NCBI GenBank assembly: GCA_039808305.1
Contig: JBDHSR010000001.1
Coordinates: 1 to 46,405 of the forward strand
Source of the DNA: Gemmobacter sp.
GTDB lineage: Bacteria; Pseudomonadota; Alphaproteobacteria; Rhodobacterales; Rhodobacteraceae
Direction: 5' to 3'
DNA length: 46,405 bases
The position numbers and the translations under genes were made by a program. Each line of letters opens with the position of its first letter. Position 1 is the stretch's first letter. The notes beneath the pieces were generated by a model. That model was not told where the DNA came from. It saw only the letters and a list, made by a program, of their open reading frames with translations, and ran no database searches. Of this stretch, positions 28,201 to 37,140 are shown in pieces.

Positions 28201-29346
28201 ATGACGACCGAAACCATCCTTGCCAATGCCATGCTGGTGCTGCCGGGCGAGACGCTTCGCGGGCAGATCCGGCTGGCGGAGGGCCGCATCCGCGACATCG
28301 CCGGGGGCGGGGCGGTGCCCGCGGGCGCCATGGACTGCGCGGGCGATCTGGTCATGCCCGGCCTGATCGAGCTGCATACCGACAATATCGAACGCCACCT
28401 GCAACCCCGTCCCCGGGTGGACTGGCCGCATCAACCCGCGATCATCGCCCATGACGCCGAGCTTGCCAGCGTCGGCATCACCACCGTGTTCGACGCGCTG
28501 CGCGTGGGCTCGGTCTTCAGTTCCAGCAATGCCGGCTATGGCGAATATGCCCGCGCGCTGGCCGACGAGATCCTCGACCTGCGCGCCCGCCGCCTGCTCA
28601 GGATCAGCCATTTCCTGCATCTGCGGGCGGAAATCTGCTCGGAAACCCTGATCGAGGAGATGGCGAAGTTCGGCCCCGACGACCGGATCGGCATCGTCAG
28701 CCTGATGGATCACACGCCGGGGCAGCGGCAGTTCCGCGACATCGGCAAGCTGCGCGACTATGTGATGGGCAAGCGCGGCCTGTCCGAGGCCGAGTTCGAC
28801 GCCCATGTCCGCGACCAGCAGGCGCTGCGCGCCCGGGTCGGCGCGCGGCACGAGATGGTGGCGGTGGCGGAGGCCCGGCGCTATGGCGCGGTGCTGGCCA
28901 GCCATGACGACACCACGGCCGGGCAGGTCGCCGTCTCGGCCGGGCACGGGGCGCATTTCGCGGAATTCCCGACCACGGTCGAGGCCGCGCGGGCCTGCCA
29001 CGGCCATGGCATCCGGGTGATGATGGGCGCGCCGAACCTGATCCGGGGCGGCAGCCATTCCGGCAATGTCGCGGCGCAGGCGCTGGCCGAGGCGGATCTG
29101 CTGGACATCCTGTCCTCGGATTACGTGCCTTCGTCGCTGCTCTCCGCCGCGCTGATGCTGGGCGACCTGTGGGGCGATCCGGCGCGCGGCATCGCCACCG
29201 TGACCGCCGGTCCCGCCGGGGCGGTGGGCCTGCCCGATCGGGGGCGGCTGGAGCCCGGCGCGCGGGCCGATGTGATCCGCGTCGCCCGGATCGGCGCCGC
29301 CGGCGCGGTGCGCGGGGTCTGGGTGGAGGGCCGCCGGGTGGGCTGA
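28201..29346 (+). CDS. phnM: Alpha-D-ribose 1-methylphosphonate 5-triphosphate diphosphatase
   Basis: Motifs ELHTDN, MDHTPGQRQF, ASHDD, GAPNLIRGGSHSGN and LSSDYVP. Confidence 0.96.
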   Translation: MTTETILANAMLVLPGETLRGQIRLAEGRIRDIAGGGAVPAGAMDCAGDLVMPGLIELHTDNIERHLQPRPRVDWPHQPAIIAHDAELASVGITTVFDALRVGSVFSSSNAGYGEYARALADEILDLRARRLLRISHFLHLRAEICSETLIEEMAKFGPDDRIGIVSLMDHTPGQRQFRDIGKLRDYVMGKRGLSEAEFDAHVRDQQALRARVGARHEMVAVAEARRYGAVLASHDDTTAGQVAVSAGHGAHFAEFPTTVEAARACHGHGIRVMMGAPNLIRGGSHSGNVAAQALAEADLLDILSSDYVPSSLLSAALMLGDLWGDPARGIATVTAGPAGAVGLPDRGRLEPGARADVIRVARIGAAGAVRGVWVEGRRVG

Positions 29347-29433
29347 GCCGGCGGTCTCCCGCGTGGAACGCCCGTCGGATCATCCGCCGCGCCGGCGGGC
29401 GGAGCCCGCTGGACCACCGGCGCCGGCCCGGCC

Positions 29434-29805
29434 CTAGGCGGCCTCGGATCCGAGCGTGGCCGCCATCCCGGCCAGAACGCGCTCGGCCTCTTCCGTGTCG
29501 AAATCGGTCTGGTAGCGTTTCCTGACCCCATGGTCGGACAGCAGGTGATATTCCGTGGGCTCGACCCCATGGCGGGAGAGGCAGTTGCGCACGCAGGCCA
29601 GCGCGCAACCGTCGATGCCGATGATCCGGCGGCCGGATTTGGCCACGCGCACCAGCTTCGGCACGTCGCCGCCGACCCCGGCGATGCAGGACATTTCGGC
29701 GAGGCCGCGCCGGTCGAGGGCGATGGCGAGGTAATTCGCCATCTGCGCCGCGCTGGAACAGCCGGAGCAGGAATAGACCAAGGGCAGATGCTCGCGTGAG
29801 GACAT
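29434..29805 (-). CDS. DGC-domain putative zinc-binding protein
   Basis: Motifs YSCSGCS, MSCIAGVGG and IDGCALAC. The probable start is ATG at 29805 (MSSREHLP); the track's TTG start at 29904 is less likely. Confidence 0.85.
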   Translation of the reverse strand: MSSREHLPLVYSCSGCSSAAQMANYLAIALDRRGLAEMSCIAGVGGDVPKLVRVAKSGRRIIGIDGCALACVRNCLSRHGVEPTEYHLLSDHGVRKRYQTDFDTEEAERVLAGMAATLGSEAA

Positions 29806-29922
29806 GGCGGAACCCTGACAGCCGTTTCCGAAATCCGAACACAGGCCCGGGCTTTTGTCGACGGACAAGGAGTCGCACCGTGTCTGGCTTTGCTTCTTGC
29901 CCAAATACTCATGTCCTCACGC
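29794..29922. repeat. 13-bp perfect inverted repeat covering the DGC start codon
   Basis: GCGTGAGGACATG (29794-29806) and CATGTCCTCACGC (29910-29922). Confidence 0.7.
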
Positions 29923-30085
29923 CGCCGACCGGCCCTCCGGCGGGAACGGCGCGCCGAGAGGCCCGGTGTCGCGGTGGATGCCCTGCCGCGCATCGGCACA
30001 GGAGGAACCGGCGCGCCGGAGCCGATGCCACGGCGATATGGCGATCCCTGTCCTCCATCCGGTCGCGGCGCCGGATGGCCGCCGC

Positions 30086-30553
30086 TCATCCCGCGTCGTC
30101 GCGGTCGAGCACGAGCTGCATGATCTCGGCGCCCACCGCCATGTCGGGGACCGACCCCAGATGGCGCGCGCGCATCCGCCCCTGCCGGTCGAAGAGGATC
30201 AGGCTGGGCGTGCCCTCCAGCCCCCATTCGACCATGGTGCGCGGCATCGGCCCGGCTCCGGCCATGTCCACCGCCACCGGAAAGCGGATGCGGTATTCGT
30301 GCAGGAAGGCGCGCAGGGCGACCGGCGTCATCGCCGCGTGATGCTCGAACACGCTGTGCAGGCCGAGCACCGTCACATCCTCGGGGCGGAAGGTCTGGCG
30401 GATGCGCTGCGCCTGCGGCAGGCCGTGGCTGACGCAGCCGGGGCACAGCATCTGGAACGCCTCGACCGCGACGACGCGGCCGCGCAGTCCTTCGAGGGTC
30501 GGCGGGTCGTCGGTGTTCAGCCATTCCGCGGCATGGATCGTCGGTGCTGTCAT
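30086..30553 (-). CDS. Thioredoxin-fold redoxin (TlpA/AhpC-TSA-like) with CPGC motif
   Basis: Motifs WLNT, AFQMLCPGC, LGLHSVFEHH and GTPS (cis-Pro loop). GGGAGG RBS. Confidence 0.88.
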   Translation of the reverse strand: MTAPTIHAAEWLNTDDPPTLEGLRGRVVAVEAFQMLCPGCVSHGLPQAQRIRQTFRPEDVTVLGLHSVFEHHAAMTPVALRAFLHEYRIRFPVAVDMAGAGPMPRTMVEWGLEGTPSLILFDRQGRMRARHLGSVPDMAVGAEIMQLVLDRDDAG

Positions 30554-30602
30554 GTCGTCCTCCCGAACGGGGCGGCCGCGCGGGAAGGCGCGGCCGCGGG
30601 GG

Positions 30603-31340
30603 TCATTCGTCCACCCGGCCGGGCAGGCTCAGATCGCCTGAGGCGGTGTCGAACACATCGCTCACGCAAAGCAGCGGGGCGTGGATATTGGCGTCCACCC
30701 GCAGCGCCGCCGTCACGCCGTCGAAGCGGGCGCCGGCCAGCGCGCTGATCCCGGCGAAGGGCACCCGGACGCTGACGGTCCGCCCGGTAAAGACCGGCGA
30801 CCAGCCGGGGCTGTCGATCAGGATCGGCAGGCCGGGCCAGGTGGGCGGCAGTGGCGGCGTCTCGCCCTCGGGGATGTCGATCACCTTGAGGGCGCCCGCT
30901 CCGCAGGCCTCGTCCGGTCCCAGCACGACCCAATGGCTGTGCCAGTTGCCGCCATCGTCGCCGGTGTCGTTGCTGCCGTTCTCGTCGAACAGCGGCGTGT
31001 CGTCGAAATCGGGATGGATCGTGACGGCGAAGGCGAGGATGCCGGCGCCGGGGGCGAAGCCCACGGTCGCGGGATCGAGCGAGGTCGGCCAGACATAGGA
31101 ATGGACCGGCGCCCCGCCGAGCGCGCCTTTCGGCTCGGGCGCGGTCGCGCCCGGCGTGCCGGCGACGCCCATGGTGAAGGTGGCGATATTGCCTTCGGTG
31201 GTGATGCTGGCCGCCACGATGTCGAAATCGGCGATCCCGGCATTGCCGGCGGCGGTCTCGATCCCGTGGGCCTGCGCCGCGCCGGCCAGCGCGAGCGCGC
31301 CGGCGGCGAGGGCATGGCGAAGCCTTCGGTTCCGTGTCAT
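30603..31340 (-). CDS. Secreted hypothetical protein with HPDFDDTP and WHSHW motifs
   Basis: Signal peptide ending AQA-H, AAGGAAG RBS, and acidic/His motifs DENGSNDTGDDGGNWHSHWVVL. Confidence 0.85.
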   Translation of the reverse strand: MTRNRRLRHALAAGALALAGAAQAHGIETAAGNAGIADFDIVAASITTEGNIATFTMGVAGTPGATAPEPKGALGGAPVHSYVWPTSLDPATVGFAPGAGILAFAVTIHPDFDDTPLFDENGSNDTGDDGGNWHSHWVVLGPDEACGAGALKVIDIPEGETPPLPPTWPGLPILIDSPGWSPVFTGRTVSVRVPFAGISALAGARFDGVTAALRVDANIHAPLLCVSDVFDTASGDLSLPGRVDE

Positions 31341-31415
31341 GATGGGGGGCTTCCTTTCGTCAGAGGGGTTGCATACCGGGCGTCCGGGCCGTGCCAGCGG
31401 CTTCGGGCGCCCAAC

Positions 31416-32042
31416 TCAGGCCATGGCGGCGAAACGCGCGGAATTGCGGGCGCGCTCCTCCGCCGGGGCTTCCTCGTGGTCGGCGCAGGCGAGGCGCAGG
31501 GCGGCGTCGCCGAAGGCGGCGTCCACGAAGGCGCAGTGATGCGGGCGGGCCGCATCGTCATGGGCATGGGGCCGGAAATGCCGGCAGGTGAGGCACATCC
31601 GCTCCACCGGGATCGCGCCGGCCTCCTGCAAGCCGCGGATCACCAGCGTCAGGCCGCGCAGCAGGCCGGCGCGGTCGGGTTCGGACAGGGCGTCGAGCAC
31701 CGGGGCGACCGCCTGCGGCATGTCGGGCAGCCGGGCGGCCACCGCCGCGCCGCGCGGTGTCGGCACCACGCGCCCCGCCCGGCGGTCCTGCGGATCGGGC
31801 CGCCGCTCCACCAGCTCCTTGGCTGCGAGCGCCGAAACCGCGTCGCTCAGCGTCGGGGCGGAAACCCCGATGCCGCGCGCCAGATCGCCGCTGCGCGCCG
31901 GCCCGCCCGCCGCCAGCCGGGCGAGTATTTCCGCCTGGGTCGGGGTCAGCCCCTGCGCCCCCGCCGCCTGCCATCCCGCCGCGCGCCAGAACAGCGCGAG
32001 GCGCGACAGGGCATGGGCGATCTGTTCGGCGGGTGCGGACAT
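31416..32042 (-). CDS. MarR-family regulator with C-terminal Cys/His cluster
   Basis: Winged HTH LTPTQAEIL...SAPTLSDAV...DPQDRR, then a CLTCRHF...HHC...CADH tail. GAGGAG RBS. Confidence 0.9.
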   Translation of the reverse strand: MSAPAEQIAHALSRLALFWRAAGWQAAGAQGLTPTQAEILARLAAGGPARSGDLARGIGVSAPTLSDAVSALAAKELVERRPDPQDRRAGRVVPTPRGAAVAARLPDMPQAVAPVLDALSEPDRAGLLRGLTLVIRGLQEAGAIPVERMCLTCRHFRPHAHDDAARPHHCAFVDAAFGDAALRLACADHEEAPAEERARNSARFAAMA

Positions 32043-32060
32043 GGCGACTCCTCGGACCCA

Positions 32061-32089
32061 ATTATATTAGGAATCCTAATCAATTTCAA
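32061..32089 (-). promoter_or_regulatory. Near-consensus sigma70 promoter with an operator palindrome filling the spacer
   Basis: Minus strand TTGAAA-N17-TATAAT. Palindrome ATTAGGA-A-TCCTAAT at 32066-32080. Confidence 0.85.
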
Positions 32090-32329
32090 CTCCGGTGGCG
32101 ATGGAGATCGGGACCATGATGTTTCGTGGCCCCGCATCGACGGAACCTCGGAGCGGATATGCAGATGGGAGGCGGACGCCCGGCCCATGAACCGCGCCGC
32201 CGCCAGAATGGCCGCGAGACGGATCTCCGGCCATCCGGCATGGCGCGGCGACCGCGCCGGCGCGTTTCGTGGTGCCGGGATTTCCTGGCCGCCGGAAGCC
32301 CGACCGGAGCGCGGCCGGGCCCCGGCCGC

Positions 32330-34774
32330 TCAGAACACGAAATCTCCGGCTTCCAGAGTGCCGATCTGCACATGGCGCAGCACCAAGGTGCCGGAGTCGT
32401 GGTCGATCTCCACATTGCGGCCGACCTGGCGCATCGCGGCGGAGAGCGCGGCGAAGCTGTCGATGGCGGTGGCCGAAAGGTCGATCACGTCGCGCCCGCC
32501 GAAATCGGTGATCACATCGCGGCCGGAGGCGGCGGTGATGATGAAGACATCCGCGCCGCCGCCGCCCGTCAGGGTATCCGGCCCGGCGCCGCCGGTCAGC
32601 CGGTCCGCGCCCGCGCCGCCTTTCAGCACATCCGCCCCGGTGCCGCCCAGCAGGCGGTCATCGCCGTCGCCGCCATCCAGCCGGTCATGCGCGGCGCCCC
32701 CGTCCAGCCGGTCGTTGCCCGCGCCGCCGGCCAGCACATCCTTGCCGCCCTTGCCGGCCAGCCGGTCATGGCCGCCCAGCCCCAGCAGCGTGTTGGCCCC
32801 GCCATTGCCGGTCAGCCGGTCGGCGTGATCCGATCCGCGCAGGTTCTCGACCGAGGCGTAGCTGTCGCCCGCCGCCTCGCCGCGATTGCCGCGTGGCGCC
32901 GAGAGGTTGGCCGTGACGCCCTTGGCCGCCCCGGCATAGGAGGCGGTGTCGCGCCCGGCTCCGCCGTCCAGCCGGTCGCCGCCCACGCCCCCGGTCAGCA
33001 CGTCGTCGCCCGCGCCGCCGGTCAGCCGGTCGTTCCCGGCCTCGCCCAGCAGCCGGTCGTTGCCGCCCGCGCCGTTCAGCGTGTCCTTGCCGGTGCCGCC
33101 CCAGATCCCGTCGGCCTTCGCGGTGCCGGTGATCCTGTCATTGCCGGCATAGGCCAGGAAATCCCCCGCCGCCTTCATGGTCCGGCCGTCATTGCCCTGC
33201 GTGCCATGGAACCGCGCCGTCAGCAGGCTGTCGGCATGTTTCAGGTCGAGCGCCACCTGGCTTTCCGAGGTCATGGATTCCCAGTTCGCGGGCCGGTTGA
33301 ACTCGTAATAGTCGAGGACACGCAGCGACCCGGCGGCATCGCCCACCACCAGATCCTTGCCTTCGCGCCGATAGAGCGCATGGGCGATGTCCGTGACCTC
33401 GGTCCTGAAGAAGGACATGAAGCCGATGATGCCGTTGGTGTCATGGATCTCGTGATGGCCGACGATCCTGTTCTGCCGGTTGAGGTAGAGCACATAGAAG
33501 TCCGACCCCGATCCGCCGTGGAGTTCGGAGGAGGCGCCGGCGGAAATCAGGAAATCCATGCCCGCCCCGCCCCGCAGCGTGTCGCCGCGGCCGACGCCGA
33601 CGATCTGGTCGTTGCCGTCGCCGCCCTCCAGCAGGTCGCCCTTGTGACCGGCGAGCGCGGCGGGCAGCAGGAAGAGATAGCCCGCGCCGAACAGACCTTC
33701 GGTTCCGCCGATCAGCGTATCCGCGCCGTCGCCGCCGATCAGCGTATCGGCATTGCGCCCGCCCGACAGGGCGTCGTCATCGTCGCCGCCGTGAAGCCGG
33801 TTGGAGGTGTGGTTCGCCCCCTGGAGCGTATCCTCTCCCTCGCCGCCGAACAGCGCGAAGGGCTTGCCGTTCTTCCGGCCCAGTTCATAGAGCGACAGGT
33901 CGTCGTCGCCCTCGCCACCCCGCAGCGTCAGCCCCGAGGCGGCGAGGCTGTCCAGGCTGACCGTATCGTCATAGCGGGTCAGCACGATCTCCACATCCTC
34001 GTCCGCGATGATGTCGCGGGAGGCGGTGATGAATTTCAGCGCCAGCGCGGTGGCGTAATCGCTCACCCCCTCATCCGGCAGGGCGAACAGGTCGCCCACC
34101 GTCAGGTCGGTTCCGGCATCCGGCGTATAGGTCAGCCCCCATTGCGGGAAGGACTGCGCGTTGTTGTAGGGGTTGATCTTGCCGAGCTCGAAGGACAGGC
34201 CCGCCGCGCTGGTGTCCAGCGCGGTGTTGATCTGGGCGACGACATTCGCCTTCGCCTCGGCGATCGCCTCCTCGACGGCGGGATAGAACACCGCGTCGCT
34301 GTGGTCGAAGCCGAACAGGTTCAACGAAATATCGGTGTCGATGGCGGCAAGCCCGTGGATCATGCCATAGGCGAACGGCCCGCTGCCGCCGAAGGCCGTC
34401 CGCTCCAGCGCCCCGAAGGAGAAGGTGGAGGCGCCGTGCTCCGCCAGCGAATCCGGCATGCGGTAATAGCTGCTCAACTGGTCGCCGCTGGTCTGGCTGG
34501 TGCGGACCAGATCGGGACCGACATAGGTGGTGCGCGATACGACCCGGCTGCCGCCGCCGATGATGAAGACGAGGTAGGAATGCGTCAGCGCCGTATAGCC
34601 CGATTGCCAGAAGATCTCGTTGAACGCCTTGCCGGCGATGGCGGTGGCATCCTCGGCGGGCAGGGTGCTGTTGCCCATGTCCGGCGAGAACAGCTTGTCG
34701 AGATCGGTGAGGTTCAGGCCCCCGGAATAGCTGTTGGTCTGCGAATAGGCGGAATAATCGAATTTATGCGCCAT
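32330..34774 (-). CDS. RTX-type calcium-binding repeat protein, probable type I secretion substrate
   Basis: Many GGxGxDxLx nonapeptides in three blocks, C-terminal DVITDF...DVIDL...DFVF, and no signal peptide. GAGG RBS. Confidence 0.9.
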   Translation of the reverse strand: MAHKFDYSAYSQTNSYSGGLNLTDLDKLFSPDMGNSTLPAEDATAIAGKAFNEIFWQSGYTALTHSYLVFIIGGGSRVVSRTTYVGPDLVRTSQTSGDQLSSYYRMPDSLAEHGASTFSFGALERTAFGGSGPFAYGMIHGLAAIDTDISLNLFGFDHSDAVFYPAVEEAIAEAKANVVAQINTALDTSAAGLSFELGKINPYNNAQSFPQWGLTYTPDAGTDLTVGDLFALPDEGVSDYATALALKFITASRDIIADEDVEIVLTRYDDTVSLDSLAASGLTLRGGEGDDDLSLYELGRKNGKPFALFGGEGEDTLQGANHTSNRLHGGDDDDALSGGRNADTLIGGDGADTLIGGTEGLFGAGYLFLLPAALAGHKGDLLEGGDGNDQIVGVGRGDTLRGGAGMDFLISAGASSELHGGSGSDFYVLYLNRQNRIVGHHEIHDTNGIIGFMSFFRTEVTDIAHALYRREGKDLVVGDAAGSLRVLDYYEFNRPANWESMTSESQVALDLKHADSLLTARFHGTQGNDGRTMKAAGDFLAYAGNDRITGTAKADGIWGGTGKDTLNGAGGNDRLLGEAGNDRLTGGAGDDVLTGGVGGDRLDGGAGRDTASYAGAAKGVTANLSAPRGNRGEAAGDSYASVENLRGSDHADRLTGNGGANTLLGLGGHDRLAGKGGKDVLAGGAGNDRLDGGAAHDRLDGGDGDDRLLGGTGADVLKGGAGADRLTGGAGPDTLTGGGGADVFIITAASGRDVITDFGGRDVIDLSATAIDSFAALSAAMRQVGRNVEIDHDSGTLVLRHVQIGTLEAGDFVF

Positions 34775-35120
34775 GGCGGATACCTCTCAATTGTCCCGCG
34801 TCTGGAAATGCGGGTGAAAATCACTCCGTGCGGCCGGTAATCCGGGGCCGGGCCCGGCCATCAATCGGGGCCGGCGCGCGGAAGTCTGACATGGCCCGCC
34901 GCTTCGCGCCAAACGGATAATCCGGCCGGTAGCGGAACCTTGCCCAGAAAGGCCGGGCGCGGACGCCTTGCGACCCCCGGGGAACGTGCCGTTCGCGCGG
35001 CCGGCTCCGGCGCGGTGGGGCACCCCCCAGAGGATTTTCGGGTGACCTGTCCGTGTGCTGAAGCGGTGCGGGAAGCCCCTGCGCCGCCGGGTTGGCGGAG
35101 GGCAGGAGGGCGCCTCCCGG

Positions 35121-36014
35121 TCAGGCGGTTGCCATCCGCGCGGCCCGTCTGCCGCCGAACTGGATCAGCGCGACCCCGCCGAGGATCAGCGCCAGCGCCG
35201 CGAGCTCGACCTCCGTGATCGGCTCGCCGATCCAGCCGCCGATCGCCAGCGCCACCACCGCCGGCAGGTAGGTCGCCCCCGAGGCGCCGACGGCGCCGAG
35301 CTTTTGCAGCATGTAGTAATAGATCAGATAGGCGATCCCGGTTCCCATGACGCCGAGGCCGACGACAAGGGCGACCAGCGCCTCGGGCGCATGGAGGATC
35401 GCCGACATCCCGCGCATGTCCGTCACCACGAGCAGCGTCAGCAGCGCCAGCCCGGTCTGCCAGGTCGCCAGCGCCACCGGCGACAGGTTCAGCGGCGACA
35501 GGAAGCGCCGCGCATAGACGAAGGACACGCCCACGCTCAGCGTGCCCGCCATGACCCAGGCGACGCCGGCGGGCGGGATCGTCCCGCCGCCCTCCCAGGG
35601 CCGCGCGGTCAGCAGGATGCCGGCGAAACCGAGCGCCACCCCCGCGCCGATCACCCCGTTCGGCCGTTCGGAGCGCAGGAACAGAAGCGCGGCGAGGAAG
35701 GTCACGACCGGAACCGCCCCGCCGAGCAACCCCGCCACGCTGGAGGGCAGCAGCGCCGTGCCCGCGACGAATCCGTAATAGTAGAACGAGGTCGCCAGCA
35801 CCGACATGACCGCGAAATGCGGCAGGTGGCGCAGTTGCGCCCGGTGCACCGCCCCGGTGCGCCAGGCGACGAGGGCCAGCGGCACGAACCCCGCCGCCAC
35901 CCTGAGCAGCACGACCTGCATCGGCGGCAGCACCGCCGTCGCCATCTTCATGAAGAGGTAATTCGACCCCCAGATGAAGCCGATCAGGACGAGGACGGCG
36001 TAGGCGCGGAACAT
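35121..36014 (-). CDS. DMT/EamA family transporter
   Basis: IWGSNY, about ten hydrophobic segments, and a two-repeat EamA layout. Confidence 0.9.
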   Translation of the reverse strand: MFRAYAVLVLIGFIWGSNYLFMKMATAVLPPMQVVLLRVAAGFVPLALVAWRTGAVHRAQLRHLPHFAVMSVLATSFYYYGFVAGTALLPSSVAGLLGGAVPVVTFLAALLFLRSERPNGVIGAGVALGFAGILLTARPWEGGGTIPPAGVAWVMAGTLSVGVSFVYARRFLSPLNLSPVALATWQTGLALLTLLVVTDMRGMSAILHAPEALVALVVGLGVMGTGIAYLIYYYMLQKLGAVGASGATYLPAVVALAIGGWIGEPITEVELAALALILGGVALIQFGGRRAARMATA

Positions 36015-36096
36015 GGCGAGGGTCTTTCCCGGGTTGCGGCCCTGACGGAATATCCCGGATCGTCCCCCCTTTCGCGCCAGAAGGAAAGCTGTCAGA

Positions 36097-36113
36097 CTGT
36101 AGAAAACCTACAG
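36097..36113. promoter_or_regulatory. LysR-type operator
   Basis: CTGTAG-AAAAC-CTACAG dyad containing T-N11-A, located between the divergent DMT and LysR genes. Confidence 0.7.
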
Positions 36114-36123
36114 GCTTTCCCGG

Positions 36124-36996
36124 ATGATCCCGCGCCGCAAACTGCCGCCGCTGAACGCCCTGCGCGCCTTCGAGGTCGCCGGGCGCCGGCTGAATTTCCG
36201 GGCCGCCGCCGAGGAGCTGGGCGTGACCCAGGGCGCCGTCGCCCAGCAGGTGCGCGCGCTGGAGGATCACCTCGGCCTGCCGCTCTTCCGCCGGCTGCCG
36301 CGCGGGCTGGCGCTGACGCCGCAGGGCATGGCCTATCTCGGCGAGGTGAGCCAGGCCTTCGACACGCTCGGCGCGGCGACGGGCCGGCTGGCGCAGCGGC
36401 CCGACCGGGTGACGCTCAGCGTCACGCCCACCGTCGCCACCCGCCTGCTCATCCCCCGCATGGCCGCTTTGCGCGAGACCCTGCCGGGTGTTGAGTTGCG
36501 CACGGTGGCAGAGGAGGAGCTGCCGGATTTCGACCGCGAGGATGTGGACATCGCCATCGGTCTGGCGCCAGGGGCGTTTCCGCCCGGCCTGGAGGCGCGG
36601 CTGCTGATCCGGCAGGAGATCGTCGCGGTCGCCTCCCCGGCGCTGGTCAAGGGCATGGCCCTGCCGCTGGCCGAGGCGGCCGCCGAACGCCTGCCCCTGG
36701 TGCATCACTGCCTCGACCACTGGCCGCGCTTCCTGAACCGCCGCGAGCCCTTGCCCGGCCCGCGCTTCAGCCTGACCACCATGGCCATCGACGCGGCCCT
36801 TGCGGGGCAGGGCGCCATCGTGGCCTGCGACGCCTTCGTCGCGGCGGAGCTGGCGGATGGGCGGCTGGTCCGCATCATGGAGCGGTCGCTGCGCGTCGCG
36901 CCGGACTATTGCATCGTCCGCCGCCGCGCCCCCGCCCCCCGTCCCGCCGCCGCGGCGGTCTGGACATGGTGCATCGGAGAGCTGTCGCGGATCTGA
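36124..36996 (+). CDS. LysR-family regulator (GcvA/AmpR-like)
   Basis: LPPLNALRAFE...AAEELGVTQGAVAQQVR..LE...LF.R. Confidence 0.95.
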   Translation: MIPRRKLPPLNALRAFEVAGRRLNFRAAAEELGVTQGAVAQQVRALEDHLGLPLFRRLPRGLALTPQGMAYLGEVSQAFDTLGAATGRLAQRPDRVTLSVTPTVATRLLIPRMAALRETLPGVELRTVAEEELPDFDREDVDIAIGLAPGAFPPGLEARLLIRQEIVAVASPALVKGMALPLAEAAAERLPLVHHCLDHWPRFLNRREPLPGPRFSLTTMAIDAALAGQGAIVACDAFVAAELADGRLVRIMERSLRVAPDYCIVRRRAPAPRPAAAAVWTWCIGELSRI

Positions 36997-37140
36997 CGGC
37001 CCCGGGGGTGTGCTGCGGAAAGGGGGCCTTCGGCATCGAAGCCGCAAAGACCGCCTGCGCTTCGGCCGAATGCCGATCCGGCCTCAGGGTTGTCGCCGCC
37101 CGTCCGCCGGTCTTTCCCGCCGGCGTCGCCGCGCAGGCGG

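Noticed and set aside
33705-33748. 17-bp direct repeat CCGCCGATCAGCGTATC at a 27-bp period
   Set aside because: It encodes adjacent RTX nonapeptides (DTLIGG). It is not a CRISPR repeat or a target-site duplication.
34780-35120. Possible riboswitch in the long spacer upstream of the RTX gene
   Set aside because: Only scattered GC hairpins; I could not match the ordered conserved elements of cobalamin, c-di-GMP or other riboswitches.
34861-37047. 728-aa minus-strand ORF spanning the DMT and LysR genes
   Set aside because: It is out of frame with the DMT gene and antisense to lysR, and the translation is low-complexity.
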